64,000 nucleotides of DNA from Longimicrobiales bacterium (GCA_965202805.1 OZ241869.1:1664001-1728000), one strand, 5' to 3'; positions 30,510-40,645 are shown, counted from the stretch's first letter. The notes: generated from the letters alone by a model not told the origin. Numbers and translations are program-made.

Positions 30510-30977
30510 TCAGAACCCGGCCGGCAGCGGCACGCCGAGCAGGACCATGAACACCAGGTAGATGAACCCGGCGAAGGCGAGCGGCACCGAGACCAGGGTC
30601 CGCCACGAACGCTCGCCCGTCAGCCACATGAGGCCGACGACGAGGAGGGGCACCGAGAGGACGGTGCCGAGCAGGGGCCAGATGAGGAGGAAGGCGGCGA
30701 TCCAGGTTACGGCGATCCATACGCCGAGGGGCTGGATGCGGGTGCTGGCACTCTCGCCCGATCCCTTGCGCCAGGCACGTAGCGCGAGCCAGGCCGCGCA
30801 GGCGATGAGGAGCGCCGCGAGCAGCCGGGGGAAGAAGGCCGGGCCCGGGGCGCCGTCGGTCAGCGAAGGGGGATAGCCGCGCGAGTCGAGCAGGACCGCG
30901 GCTCCGGCGGCGGCGAGCAGCCCTGCCTCCATCAGGAGACGCAGTGGCGGGCTTGCGCGCGCGGAGCGGCTACCCAT
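30510..30977 (-). CDS. tctB: Tripartite tricarboxylate transporter small subunit
   Basis: PGPAFFPR, four TMs, LGVPLPAG. Confidence 0.88.
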   Translation of the reverse strand: MGSRSARASPPLRLLMEAGLLAAAGAAVLLDSRGYPPSLTDGAPGPAFFPRLLAALLIACAAWLALRAWRKGSGESASTRIQPLGVWIAVTWIAAFLLIWPLLGTVLSVPLLVVGLMWLTGERSWRTLVSVPLAFAGFIYLVFMVLLGVPLPAGF

Positions 30978-32019
30978 CCAGGATCCCCAGCCGTCGCAGC
31001 AGGTCCCGGCTGGTCGTGACCTCCTCCGTCATCCAGGTCCCGAACGCGTCCGCATCCTCCATCGTCGCGTACTCGAGCGCGGCGCGCTCCATGTACTCCC
31101 GGAACCCTGGATCATCGATCGCGGCCAGAAGGCGGGCGCGGATGTCGGCCCGCGTCCCGGGGTCCAGCCCCGGCGGGCCCACCACCCCCCGCCAGTGGAC
31201 GGGCTGGAGGTCGTATCCCTGGTCCGCGTAGCTCGGCGTGTCCGGGAGCGCCTCGACGGGCATTGCGGTCCCCAGCACGCGCATCGTCCCCGCGCGCAGG
31301 TGCTCGCGCACGATATTGTAGTTCGTGTGCGCCGCGTCCGTGTGGCCGCCGAGCGCCGCGACCACCGCGTCCGCCGATCCCTCGTAGGCGATCCAGCGGA
31401 CATCCGGATCTCCCGCCGCCGCCCGCAACCGCACGAAGCCGAGGAAATGGGCCGACGCCGCGCCGAATCCGGACACCGACACCTCGCCGGGCCGGGCGTG
31501 GGCGGCCTCGAACAGGTCTCCCAGCGTGCGGAAGGGGCTGTCGTCCCGCACTGCGACGAGGAAGGGATCGATCTGGATGCGGAGGATGGGCGTGAAGTCC
31601 TCCGGCGCGAACGGGATCCGCCCCGTCGCCATGTTCACCGTCCCGCTCGCAGTGAACACGCCGAGCACATGGGGGTCCCCGGCGCGGCCCTGCATGTACT
31701 GCATGCCGGCCGCCCCCGCCCCACCCTGCCGGGTCATCACGGTCACGCGCTGCCCGTCGAAGTGCGCCGGCGCGACATCGGCCAGCGCCCGCGAGAGGAG
31801 GTCGGAGGGGCCGCCGGGGGTCGCCCAGGATACGATCTCGATGGGGCGGTTGGGGAAGGGGGCTTCCTCGCCGGACGGCGAACACGTGGCTGAGGCCAGC
31901 AGGACGAACGCAGCAGCGAGGAGGCGGGGGAGCCTGGGTTGGGACGGGGGCTTGCCGGTGCGGGAGAGGGCTGCGGTTCGTGGCCGTAGTGACGATGCGA
32001 CTGGTGCTTGGCTTTCCAT
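30970..32019 (-). CDS. tctC: Tripartite tricarboxylate transporter substrate-binding protein
   Basis: FPNRPIEIV..PGGPSDLLSR, GGAGAAG, WRGVVGPPG. Confidence 0.9.
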   Translation of the reverse strand: MESQAPVASSLRPRTAALSRTGKPPSQPRLPRLLAAAFVLLASATCSPSGEEAPFPNRPIEIVSWATPGGPSDLLSRALADVAPAHFDGQRVTVMTRQGGAGAAGMQYMQGRAGDPHVLGVFTASGTVNMATGRIPFAPEDFTPILRIQIDPFLVAVRDDSPFRTLGDLFEAAHARPGEVSVSGFGAASAHFLGFVRLRAAAGDPDVRWIAYEGSADAVVAALGGHTDAAHTNYNIVREHLRAGTMRVLGTAMPVEALPDTPSYADQGYDLQPVHWRGVVGPPGLDPGTRADIRARLLAAIDDPGFREYMERAALEYATMEDADAFGTWMTEEVTTSRDLLRRLGILDG

Positions 32020-32033
32020 GCGGGAGGGCTGTG

Positions 32034-33020
32034 CTAAGCACGCACGCGGGCAAACAACTCCGCTCCGCTGTCACAATCGATGATCGCATCTACGACCTCG
32101 TCGAGCCGATCCGCATCCGCCCTGTCTTCCAGGATTCGCGTCAGCCGCTCGGCCGTCTCCGCCCCGAATTTCCTGGTCGCGAAACGCCGCACCAGGAGCG
32201 CCCGCTCCCTGATGCGGCCCTGCTCCAAGCCCTGCTCCAGGCCCTGCCGGACCCCGTCGCGGTGGACCTGGTCCCTCAACTCCTTCGCTCTCTCGTACAT
32301 CTCCTCGTCCTCCGTGATGGACATCATCCCCGCCAGGTCCGCCTCGGAAATCTGCCACGCCTTCGCAGCCCCCGCTACCCACGAACGCAGCGCCTGGTGA
32401 AACTCGGCGAACTCTGGTCCGCGGAACCGACTTGCCAAACCCCGCAGGATCCGCTGCAGGTTCTCCGGCGTAGGATCCCGCTCCACTATCCCGAGCGAGG
32501 TCACCAGATCCCGCGACCCGGGATCCTGCTCGCCGATCCGCTGCAAGTCCAGCAGGAGATACCTGAAGCTCGGCAGATATTGCGCCAGCGGTTCCGTCAC
32601 GGGGGCGACGAGTTCGTTGACATCCGTGGCGGCCCGCCAGCGCGGCCGACCGTTGTAGACGGCGACCGGCAGCAGAGGCGGCAGCTTGTTGCCCGGTCTG
32701 ACCTCTCCCCGGCGGATCAGCTCCTCATAGGTGAGGCAGGTGTACGTGAGGATGCGGAGCGCCATGAACGGATCGTTCTCCGACTGAAACTCCAGGAGGA
32801 TCAGCAGGTACAGCCAGCCGCTCCGAAAGCGCACCTTGCAGAGCAAATCCGATCGGCGTTGGACCAGGCCGCCGCTGATGCGATTGGTCGGGAGGGGTTC
32901 CAGTGTGTCGAAGTCGAGTTCGTCGGCCAGCCCCTTGCCCACGAAGTTGCGGATGAGTTCCTCAACCGCCGCTCGGTGGGAAAAGACGAGTTTGTAGGTC
33001 TCGTCGTGCTTTCGAGCCAA
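32034..33020 (-). CDS. Rpn family recombination-promoting nuclease (PD-(D/E)xK-like)
   Basis: HDETYKLVFS, SDLL, LLEFQS..DPFMALRIL, PVAVYNG..W, QGLEQGLEQG, RKFG; TTG start inferred. Confidence 0.92.
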   Translation of the reverse strand: MARKHDETYKLVFSHRAAVEELIRNFVGKGLADELDFDTLEPLPTNRISGGLVQRRSDLLCKVRFRSGWLYLLILLEFQSENDPFMALRILTYTCLTYEELIRRGEVRPGNKLPPLLPVAVYNGRPRWRAATDVNELVAPVTEPLAQYLPSFRYLLLDLQRIGEQDPGSRDLVTSLGIVERDPTPENLQRILRGLASRFRGPEFAEFHQALRSWVAGAAKAWQISEADLAGMMSITEDEEMYERAKELRDQVHRDGVRQGLEQGLEQGRIRERALLVRRFATRKFGAETAERLTRILEDRADADRLDEVVDAIIDCDSGAELFARVRA

Positions 33021-33170
33021 TCCAGACTCCGGCGAGGCGGGGTTCGCGTCGCGGCCAGAGGGGCGTCCTGCGAGGCTGTGAGCCCGGAGCCGCCGGTAAG
33101 TATCGGATCGTCGGCTGGGCGAATACATGGCTCGATGGGCAGTAATTTTGTAAACGGTTGCTGATACTGG

Positions 33171-33179
33171 TGTTATGAT
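33171..33179 (+). promoter_or_regulatory. Extended -10 promoter TGTTATGAT facing the structured region
   Basis: TGnTATGAT in an AT-rich patch, with TTGTAA at 33148. Confidence 0.55.
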
Positions 33180-33229
33180 ATCCGCTAAGGTTGTTGTTCC
33201 CCTATCAGTTCGTTTTTTCTGAACGGGAT

Positions 33230-34590
33230 GTAGATCGACGCTCTCGAACGCTCTCGGAGTAACTGTTCGGTGAAGGCCGTGATTGGTCTAGACCCGGACG
33301 AGGACGGAGGCGCCTTGCAATTAGAGGGTTCGGTGTCGCCGGGGTTGGTCGGGGGCCGGCTCCGAGACTTCGCCCCCATGAGCGCCCGTCTGTGCGTGCT
33401 GGGGCGTGCCGCAAGCGCACGTGTGAAACCGGGATGCATGTGCGCGGAAACGCGATTCGGACGTGCGCGTCGGCCACCGCTCATCGCGTTGTCGGGCTTT
33501 GGGTTGCACCATGGCCTCCGGGGCGGCTGCGCCGCGCCGGAACTGGAGGCCATGACCGGAGCGACCCACCTCTTGCGATGCCTGGTGTGGCATCGGCGGA
33601 GGTTGGGATGTGCACTCCATCCCAACCTCCCCGGCGGGTCGCTCCAGCCCAGCAGTCCCTACGGGAAGGTTGTTGAGCCGGATGGAACCGGCGACCACGT
33701 TCGCGATACTCGGACCGAGACCGACATCGCGCGAGGGTGCGGTCGGGGACCTGCCCGAGGGCCAGGGTGACGGCGATCCGGCGCGCCGTCCCGCATGGAG
33801 CCGAACCGGCGCAACGGCGCCTACGCCCGCAGCCGCTTCAGCGGACGCCGGTTCCCTTTGTGTTCAAAATCGTGGACGAGGGTTCGCCGCCAGTTTGAGG
33901 CCCGGCCGAAGCGCTGGCCGCCGAGGGCGCGATCATGGCTCTCGTCCAGCACAGGTCCCGGGCGCGTCACGCCGCGGACGACCCGGGCCTTGCTGGGTTG
34001 GGAAGGGGGCTCGACCCCGGCGGAGGGACGGGCGGAGTCCCGTCCCGGAGGCCGGGGGGACCGGCGCCGAAGCGGTGGCAACGCCGACCGCGCCGTCGCC
34101 GGTCACGACGCGGACTCGCCCGCGAAATCCACGGCTTCGACGGGCGATGATCGGGGGGCGGCAGGAGAACATCCGGCAACCGGCCGGGTGGACGGGTCGG
34201 CCAGGCGGAAGCCGGGCGGACTCCCCTAACCGCGAACGCTGCCGGAGCGGGGGGTTTCCGGGGGGTTCGAAGGGGGGCGGCAGCACCCCTCGCCAGAGCG
34301 CGAATGTTATACATCGCGTAGGCTGGCCTAGGACCAGTAACGGGTCCAAAGCCAGCGCTGTGGACGCCCGCGAAGAGACCGCCGAAGGGCCAAGCGGCCG
34401 GTCCTCGAAAACGAGGTCCAAGGTCTCCCGGCTTGACCAACGGCCCGAGGCACGGCGGTCGTGGTCAGCCCTTCCAGCCGCCGGTTGGCCTGATCCGCGC
34501 TCGGGCGAGGAGGTCCGGGCCAAACGTCCACCCGCCCGAAACCCGGCTGCGGACGTCAATCATCTGGCGACGAACGAAGGGTCGATGGCG
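33230..34590 (+). ncRNA. Candidate giant (~1.35 kb) highly structured non-coding RNA, family unknown
   Basis: No credible ORF; dense nested stems, GNRA/UNCG loops, G-U pairs favouring the + strand, paired termini. Confidence 0.65.
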
Positions 34591-35275
34591 TAACGCTTGC
34601 CTTGATCGGAGACCGGTCCACTACCGATTTCACCAACTGGACGAACCACGGCGCCGCATGCGGCGAGACCACGACGCCCTTCACCAGGATCCCTAGGTTC
34701 ACTGGGATGTATCGGCCTCGCTGTTCGGCGACATCCGAATCGAGCGAAATGTCAAAAACGGGCCTCGTCTGTGTGTCTGGGTCAGGGTGAATTTCCCACG
34801 GCGGGCCGGGCAGGACTGCTCGCACTTCGTCCTCGCCTCGGTATTCCCGCCGCTTGTGGAAGAGCGGTGCCCACCCGAACCTTGGCACTTGCTGTTGACC
34901 GTAGTCGATGTACTTGACCTTTCCGAACGTCACCGGCAGGCTCGCGTCGATCACGCGAAGCGATTCCTGCAAATCATGAAAGGATGTACGTATCGCTACA
35001 CCTTCCTCCCCGGCGTACGAATTCCACATAAGGCTGGATTCGTGGCCAGCTTCCGTCCAGCAACTTACCAAGGCACTTCGAGCTATCTCGTTCAGCAATC
35101 TGAGCACCAAGCGCTCCGCTTGGCGGCGAAATCCCGGTTTGCGTGGCGGTGGGTGAGCGACGAAGCCTTCGTACCTGTCCTCCATGTCGCCTACCAAGGC
35201 GAAGAAGAGTTCCCGACGCTCCACCAGTGAACAGAACTTCGCGAAGCTCAGGTAACGCCATAGCGTGGCATTCAT
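34556..35275 (-). CDS. DUF2971-like hypothetical protein
   Basis: LWRYLSFAKF..LFF..EDRYEG..SCW..ESSLMWNSY..GVAIRT..VKY..FHKR..EDEVR; start uncertain. Confidence 0.7.
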   Translation of the reverse strand: MNATLWRYLSFAKFCSLVERRELFFALVGDMEDRYEGFVAHPPPRKPGFRRQAERLVLRLLNEIARSALVSCWTEAGHESSLMWNSYAGEEGVAIRTSFHDLQESLRVIDASLPVTFGKVKYIDYGQQQVPRFGWAPLFHKRREYRGEDEVRAVLPGPPWEIHPDPDTQTRPVFDISLDSDVAEQRGRYIPVNLGILVKGVVVSPHAAPWFVQLVKSVVDRSPIKASVTPSTLRSSPDD

Positions 35276-35516
35276 TTCAGGTTCCAACGGCTCCCAGCGT
35301 CGCCCGGTTGAAACGTCATTCGGATAGAGAGGGTGACTTCCTAAGGCCGCCCCGACTAGTGGCTTACCGTATCGGTAGGTCAATTTTGGTGCTAACCCCG
35401 ATCTGGTGGACGGATGACAAGTATGTGGGAAGTTTGGCGACTCATGGCCGAAGCTCAAGTTGCCACCGGCGGTGAGAGACTCGGCGAACACCCACTGCGG
35501 TGGCGGCGAAGGCATC

Positions 35517-36185
35517 TTAGCCTTCGCCCGCGAGATAGGCCGCCCAATCCTCCATGAGCCGCCGCCGGCGCTCGAACAGATCCGTCCGCAGGTACGCCGC
35601 CTCGACCTTGTTCTGCACGACATGCGCCAGCGCCGCCTCGACGACCTCCCGGGGATGGTCCGTCCTCTCGGCGGCCCAGTCCCGGAACGACGACCGGAAC
35701 CCGTGCGGCACGGCCGAGATTCCGCAGCTCAGGAGCAACCGCCCGGGCCGCTTTCTGTTCAACGGCTGCCCGCGCTCGGTGACGAATACGAACCGGCTCC
35801 CACCGCCCAGCTTGCGCGCCGCGTTGAGGATCTCCAACGCCCGACCGGAAAGGGGCACCCGGTGCTCCCGCGCGGTCTTCATCCGGCTTGCCGGAATCGT
35901 CCACACGCCCGCATCCTGATCAATCTCGCTCCACACCGCTCCACGGACCTCGCCGCCGCGCGCGGCCGTCAGTACCAGAAACTCGAAGGCCAACGTGTCC
36001 ACCTTCCCCGGCTTCGCCGCCCGCACCCTCGCGATGGCCGCCGCGACCTCGGCGTGAGGCAGGGCCTTGCGGTGCGTGACCACATCGTGCTGGGTGCCGA
36101 GCACCGGCAGGAGCCGGTCGCACGGGTTGTCCGTCCGCCAGTCCATGGCGACGGCCCATTCCAGCACGGCGCGGATGCGGAGACG
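35517..36185 (-). pseudogene. 5'-truncated P4-like tyrosine integrase
   Basis: TAARGGE, RMK, HRVPL, HGFRSSFRDW, LAH, AAY; arm-binding N-terminus absent. Confidence 0.88.
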
Positions 36186-36230
36186 GACAGAGGGGCCACC
36201 TCCGGATGGGCCGGAACCCCCTCCCCGTCT

Positions 36231-38585
36231 TCATCCTTCCGGCACCAGCGGCCATACGAGCGGAAGCACGGTCAGGACCACCGCCATGACCAGGAGAAAC
36301 AACGGGAATCCCGCCTTTATGAAGTCAACAAACCGGTATCCTCCGAAACCCATCACCAACAGATTGACCGGATGTCCCACCGGACTCATGAAGGCGCAGG
36401 AACTTCCTATCGCCACCGTCATCATCAGAGCCTGGGGCGAGAGCCCTTCACTGACGGCCGTGCTGAGTGCGATGGGCGACATGAGTACCGCTACCGCCGC
36501 CGTCGGCATTACCTGAGCTGAAAGAGCGGTAATCAGGAAGAGCCCCGCGACCACTGCCAGGGGACCGAAGTCCGCAATGGACCCCAACACCGCCTCGGCC
36601 ACCAGCGCAGCAGTTCCGGATTCCTGCATCGCCAGTCCCAGGCTGAGCATCCCCGCGATCAGGACCACCGCTTTCAACTCGATACACCGATAAGCCTCTT
36701 CCATGTTGAGGCAACCCGTCAGCACCATCAAAACCGCTCCAATCGGCGCCGCGACGAAGATAGGCAGAAGGCCCGAGACCACCGAAGTCAGGACCCCTGC
36801 CATGATTACGGCGCTGACGGGAGCTTTCCGGCTTCGTACCACCTCTGCTTCTTCGGTCACGACGAGGAAGTCCGGGTGTTCCACCAGGAGCGCGAGCTTG
36901 CTTCTGTCGCCATAAAGCAGAAACGCATCACCCGGGAGCAGTTTCATTTGCCGGAGCCCACTCCGGTAAATCTCTCCTTTCCGCCATATCGCAAGGATGG
37001 AAACACCGTAGTTCTCACGGAAATTGAGTTCCTCGATTGTCTTTCCCGCGAATGTCGTGCGTGGAGACAACGAAGCCTCCGCCAGGCCGACCGTGTCGGA
37101 CTCCAGTCGGCTCACATCCAGGGGACGATTATCGCCCACCGTCAATTCCTGGAGCGCCTTCAGGATCCTGAGATCCTCGAGTCGTCCCCGGAGCAGGAGA
37201 ACGTCCCCTCCCTCGAGTTTCGTATCCGGATCCGGCATGAGAAGCTCTTCATCAGCTCGCAGGATGCCCACAACCGTCAGGCCGAACGCATCGGCCAGCC
37301 GGGTTTCCGCGAGCAACTGACCGGCCAGCAGCGATTCTTCCGAGATCCTGACGCTTTGAATCCTGCGTTCCATCCGGTAGTGGGAAATCAGTTCTCTTGC
37401 CGACACCGAATGGATCGCTCCGAAGGTCTTGTCCCCCTCCAGTGCGGCAAGCCGCCCGCCTTTCGTCGCAACCAGCAGGCGATCCCCGGGAGCAAGAGTC
37501 ACTGACCGCAATCCCGTGCGATGTACCCGATCACCCCGCAGAATTGCGAGTACGTGCAGGCCACGAGTCCGGCGCAGATTCGCCCTTCGAACCGTCTGTC
37601 CGATCAGCGGTGAACCTTCTGCCAACTCCAGTTCCGCTACCTCGATGGAGGCATCCGCAATCCGCTCGAGAGCCCGATCTCTCGACTCGATCTCCAGGTG
37701 CTTCCATGCGCGCAGGCTTTCGAACCTCTCCAGGGTTCCTTCAACAACCATCTCGTCTCCCTCGCTCAGAACGAAGTCCGTCCCGGGAGCGAGGATCATC
37801 TGCCCGCTTCGTTGCACGGCCACCACGTTCAGACCCAGGGCCTGGCCCAACCGGCTTTGCTGCAGTGTCTTGCCTGCCAGAGTCGAGTTCCTGGGCGCTT
37901 TCAGCATTCCGACGATGCCACCCAGGTCGTAGAGTCCCCCCAAGTCCGCTGGAGCCGATTCCTTCTTCGGATCCCGGTTCGGAAACAGCCGCCGCCCCAG
38001 GAAGGTCATGTAAACGATTCCCGCAGCAAGCGCCGTCAACCCGACCGGTGTGAACGAGAACATCCCGAACGGCTCAAACCCCGCATCCCGCAACGCCCCG
38101 TTTACCAGGATGTTCGGCGCCGTTCCGATCAAGGTCGTCATCCCGCCAAGCAGGGATCCGAAGGCCAGGGGCATGAGCAGCTTGGATGGCGGCGTCCCTA
38201 TGCGGCGCGCCATATCCAGCACCACCGGCAGCATGAGGGCGGTGATCCCGATGTCGTTCATGATTCCCGACAGGAGGCCCACCGTGGCCATCATCACCGC
38301 GGTGAGACGGCCGACTCCATCACCCGATGCCGCCAGAACCCGTTGGCCGATGAAACGAGCGACCCCGGTCCGCGCAAGGGCTCCGCTCAGGACCAGGACT
38401 GAAGCGATTGTGATTACCGCCTCGTTGGCGAAGCCCATGATCGCCTCCTCGCCCTCGAGGATGCCCGTCACCACGAGTCCCAGCATCACCATCAACGCCA
38501 CCAGATCCACCCGGATCTTTTCGGTCACGAACAGGACCACCGCTGCTGCGAGAATCCCCCCGACTACAAGAACCTCCAGGTTCAT
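36231..38585 (-). CDS. SLC13/CitMHS permease with tandem TrkA-C domains
   Basis: PSKLLMPL, GGMTTLIGTAPN, repeated TrkA-C segments, SPVGHPVNLLV..GGYRF. Confidence 0.92.
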   Translation of the reverse strand: MNLEVLVVGGILAAAVVLFVTEKIRVDLVALMVMLGLVVTGILEGEEAIMGFANEAVITIASVLVLSGALARTGVARFIGQRVLAASGDGVGRLTAVMMATVGLLSGIMNDIGITALMLPVVLDMARRIGTPPSKLLMPLAFGSLLGGMTTLIGTAPNILVNGALRDAGFEPFGMFSFTPVGLTALAAGIVYMTFLGRRLFPNRDPKKESAPADLGGLYDLGGIVGMLKAPRNSTLAGKTLQQSRLGQALGLNVVAVQRSGQMILAPGTDFVLSEGDEMVVEGTLERFESLRAWKHLEIESRDRALERIADASIEVAELELAEGSPLIGQTVRRANLRRTRGLHVLAILRGDRVHRTGLRSVTLAPGDRLLVATKGGRLAALEGDKTFGAIHSVSARELISHYRMERRIQSVRISEESLLAGQLLAETRLADAFGLTVVGILRADEELLMPDPDTKLEGGDVLLLRGRLEDLRILKALQELTVGDNRPLDVSRLESDTVGLAEASLSPRTTFAGKTIEELNFRENYGVSILAIWRKGEIYRSGLRQMKLLPGDAFLLYGDRSKLALLVEHPDFLVVTEEAEVVRSRKAPVSAVIMAGVLTSVVSGLLPIFVAAPIGAVLMVLTGCLNMEEAYRCIELKAVVLIAGMLSLGLAMQESGTAALVAEAVLGSIADFGPLAVVAGLFLITALSAQVMPTAAVAVLMSPIALSTAVSEGLSPQALMMTVAIGSSCAFMSPVGHPVNLLVMGFGGYRFVDFIKAGFPLFLLVMAVVLTVLPLVWPLVPEG

Positions 38586-38629
38586 TTGGACGGGTCCCGG
38601 TTGTGTGGATGAGTGGGCGGTCTGAGCCC

Positions 38630-38978
38630 CGACACCGACACCTCGCCGGGCCGGACGTCGGCGGCTTCGAACAGGTCTCCCGGCGTGCGGGAGGGGCTGT
38701 CGTCCCGCACCGCTACGAGGAAGGGATCGATCCGGTTCCGGAGGATGGGCGTGAAGTCCTCCGGGGCGAACGGGATCCTCCCCGTCGCCATGTTTACCGT
38801 CCCGCTAGCTGTGAACACGCCGAGCACGTGGGGGTCCCTCGGCGCGGCCCTGCATGTACTGCAAGCCGGCGGCCCCCGCCCCGCCCTGCCGGGTCATCAC
38901 GTTCACGCGCTGCCCGTCGAAGTGTGGCGGCGCGGCATTGGCCAGCGCCCGTGAGAGGAGGTCCGAGGGGCTGCCGGG
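38630..38978 (-). pseudogene. Degenerate duplicate of an internal tctC fragment
   Basis: Near-identical to about 31470-31818, with substitutions and a frameshift. Confidence 0.9.
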
Positions 38979-39615
38979 TGGGTGCGGAGTGACGGTGCGA
39001 TTGGTCCTTGGTGTCTCATGCGGGGGAATATGACGCTCGCGACGGGAGTCGGCCACCGGGGCCGTTCGACGCAAATGCTGGACTCCGTTGGGGCGAATTC
39101 CTAGCCCGGACTCCGGTCGTGCGGACGATCAGTGCCCGTGAGGGAGCAGCTTGATCGTGGCAACTGCACACTCTCGTGGACTCGTCATGGTTACCCTCAA
39201 CCGAAAAGACTTCGAGCCGGCAGGCGTCGAAGCGTGAATCCGTTCGCGTGTCCCGGTTGATGGCACCGGCCGTCAGCGGACTCGGCCATCGGTCAATCGG
39301 CTTTGGCCAACCCCGGTCAATCTCCGACGCGCGACCGGGACGCGTGGTTTCGGCATCCGCGCTTGAAAAGGTAGGGCATTTGCTAGATCAGCGGAGTACA
39401 GATGGTACGAATCAATCCATCGCCATCCGAGTCGCATCTCGTACCGTGTCGCTCTAGACTTGTCGCCGAGCTCCCGTCCGCTGGATACCCTAGGCCCTGC
39501 ACCGACTAAGACCGGTTGCACGAGGTGGGGAAGGGTTGGTCATCTGCCGCACATGCCTTAGGATCCAGAGCCACTGTGAGTCAGAGAACTGCGCAGGTAG
39601 CCACGGAGCACACGT

Positions 39616-40167
39616 ATGGAAAGAAATATCGGACGAATCTGGACGGCGCTACTGGCCGTCGTGCTGGCTATCGTCGTCCTCGTCCAAGGTGATGCGTTGA
39701 CGGCCATCGAGATACCGGAAGGACAAGCGCCGTTTCGGACAGCGCTCGTTCAGTTGGGCATCCTGTACATCGTTGCCCTCTTCGTCGAACGCTCGCTTGA
39801 GGTCCTCATCAAAGCATGGCGCCAGACTGAGAAGACCCGTCTTGAGGAGGAAGCCCGATCAGCGGACGAGGCTGCCAAGCCGGTAGCCGAGAAGACGCTC
39901 AAGGAATACAGAGCGGGCACCCAGAGGCGCGCGCTTCTCGTTGGCTTGACGCTGGGGATTCTGGTATCGCTATCCGGGATTCGGCTCCTTGGCCCGATCT
40001 TCGAGTCCGGCACCGATGGTGCGTCGTTTCAGCGGGCTGTGTTCCACTTCACGGACATCACCTTGACCGCCGGGCTCATCGCTGGGGGATCGGCGACGAT
40101 CCATGAGCTGATGGCGCTGATCGACGATTTCCTGAAGACCAGCCGAAAGCGCGCGAAGCAATCTTGA
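39616..40167 (+). CDS. Hypothetical membrane protein
   Basis: RBS GGAG; 3-4 hydrophobic segments; LIAGGSATIHE motif. Confidence 0.75.
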   Translation: MERNIGRIWTALLAVVLAIVVLVQGDALTAIEIPEGQAPFRTALVQLGILYIVALFVERSLEVLIKAWRQTEKTRLEEEARSADEAAKPVAEKTLKEYRAGTQRRALLVGLTLGILVSLSGIRLLGPIFESGTDGASFQRAVFHFTDITLTAGLIAGGSATIHELMALIDDFLKTSRKRAKQS

Positions 40168-40645
40168 AGCCGGACAACGCCAGGGTTAGCCCGATTCCAA
40201 GAGCCGTTGCAGGTTCATCCACTCGGAAACGACGCCGAGCAGAGGTGCATCTGCCACGATGCAGACTATCGTGATGTGTACCGCAGCAAGTACTGGTGAT
40301 TGACGGTGACCCAACTCGCAACGTTGCGGAGCCAAGAGCCGAACAGAGCGAAGGGCATCCAGCGTACAAACCCCCTTCCCGACCCGACTCCTGGCACCTC
40401 TTGGCATCGGACGGCTTTCACCGTCGCTCCGGAGCAGTTTTCTTTCCCGAACGTTTCTGGATTCTCCGCGTGCGCTGGCAAGGTCGATTCTCGCCCCCCT
40501 TCTCCTCCATTGCGCAACCTCCCTCGGAGCCCGACCCCGCTCTTCTCAACCCCAACCAGCCCTTCCCCGCAATCGTCGCGAACTTCAACGTCATCTAAGC
40601 CACCAATCACGTAGCTGGTTCAAGATCAAAACGAGCGTAGCCATC

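Noticed and set aside
33230..34590. Group II intron, RNase P RNA, tmRNA or rRNA identity
   Set aside because: No canonical ~34-nt domain V/VI, no GAGGAAAGUCC, no tRNA-like ends, no rRNA conserved blocks seen. A divergent member cannot be excluded without covariance models
33610..34593. 327-aa + strand ORF and other ORFs across the structured region
   Set aside because: Arg/Pro/Gly/Ala-rich, no motifs or clear RBS; typical high-GC shadow frames
35400..35520. att site or tRNA fragment next to the integrase
   Set aside because: No tRNA 3' end or matching repeat found by eye
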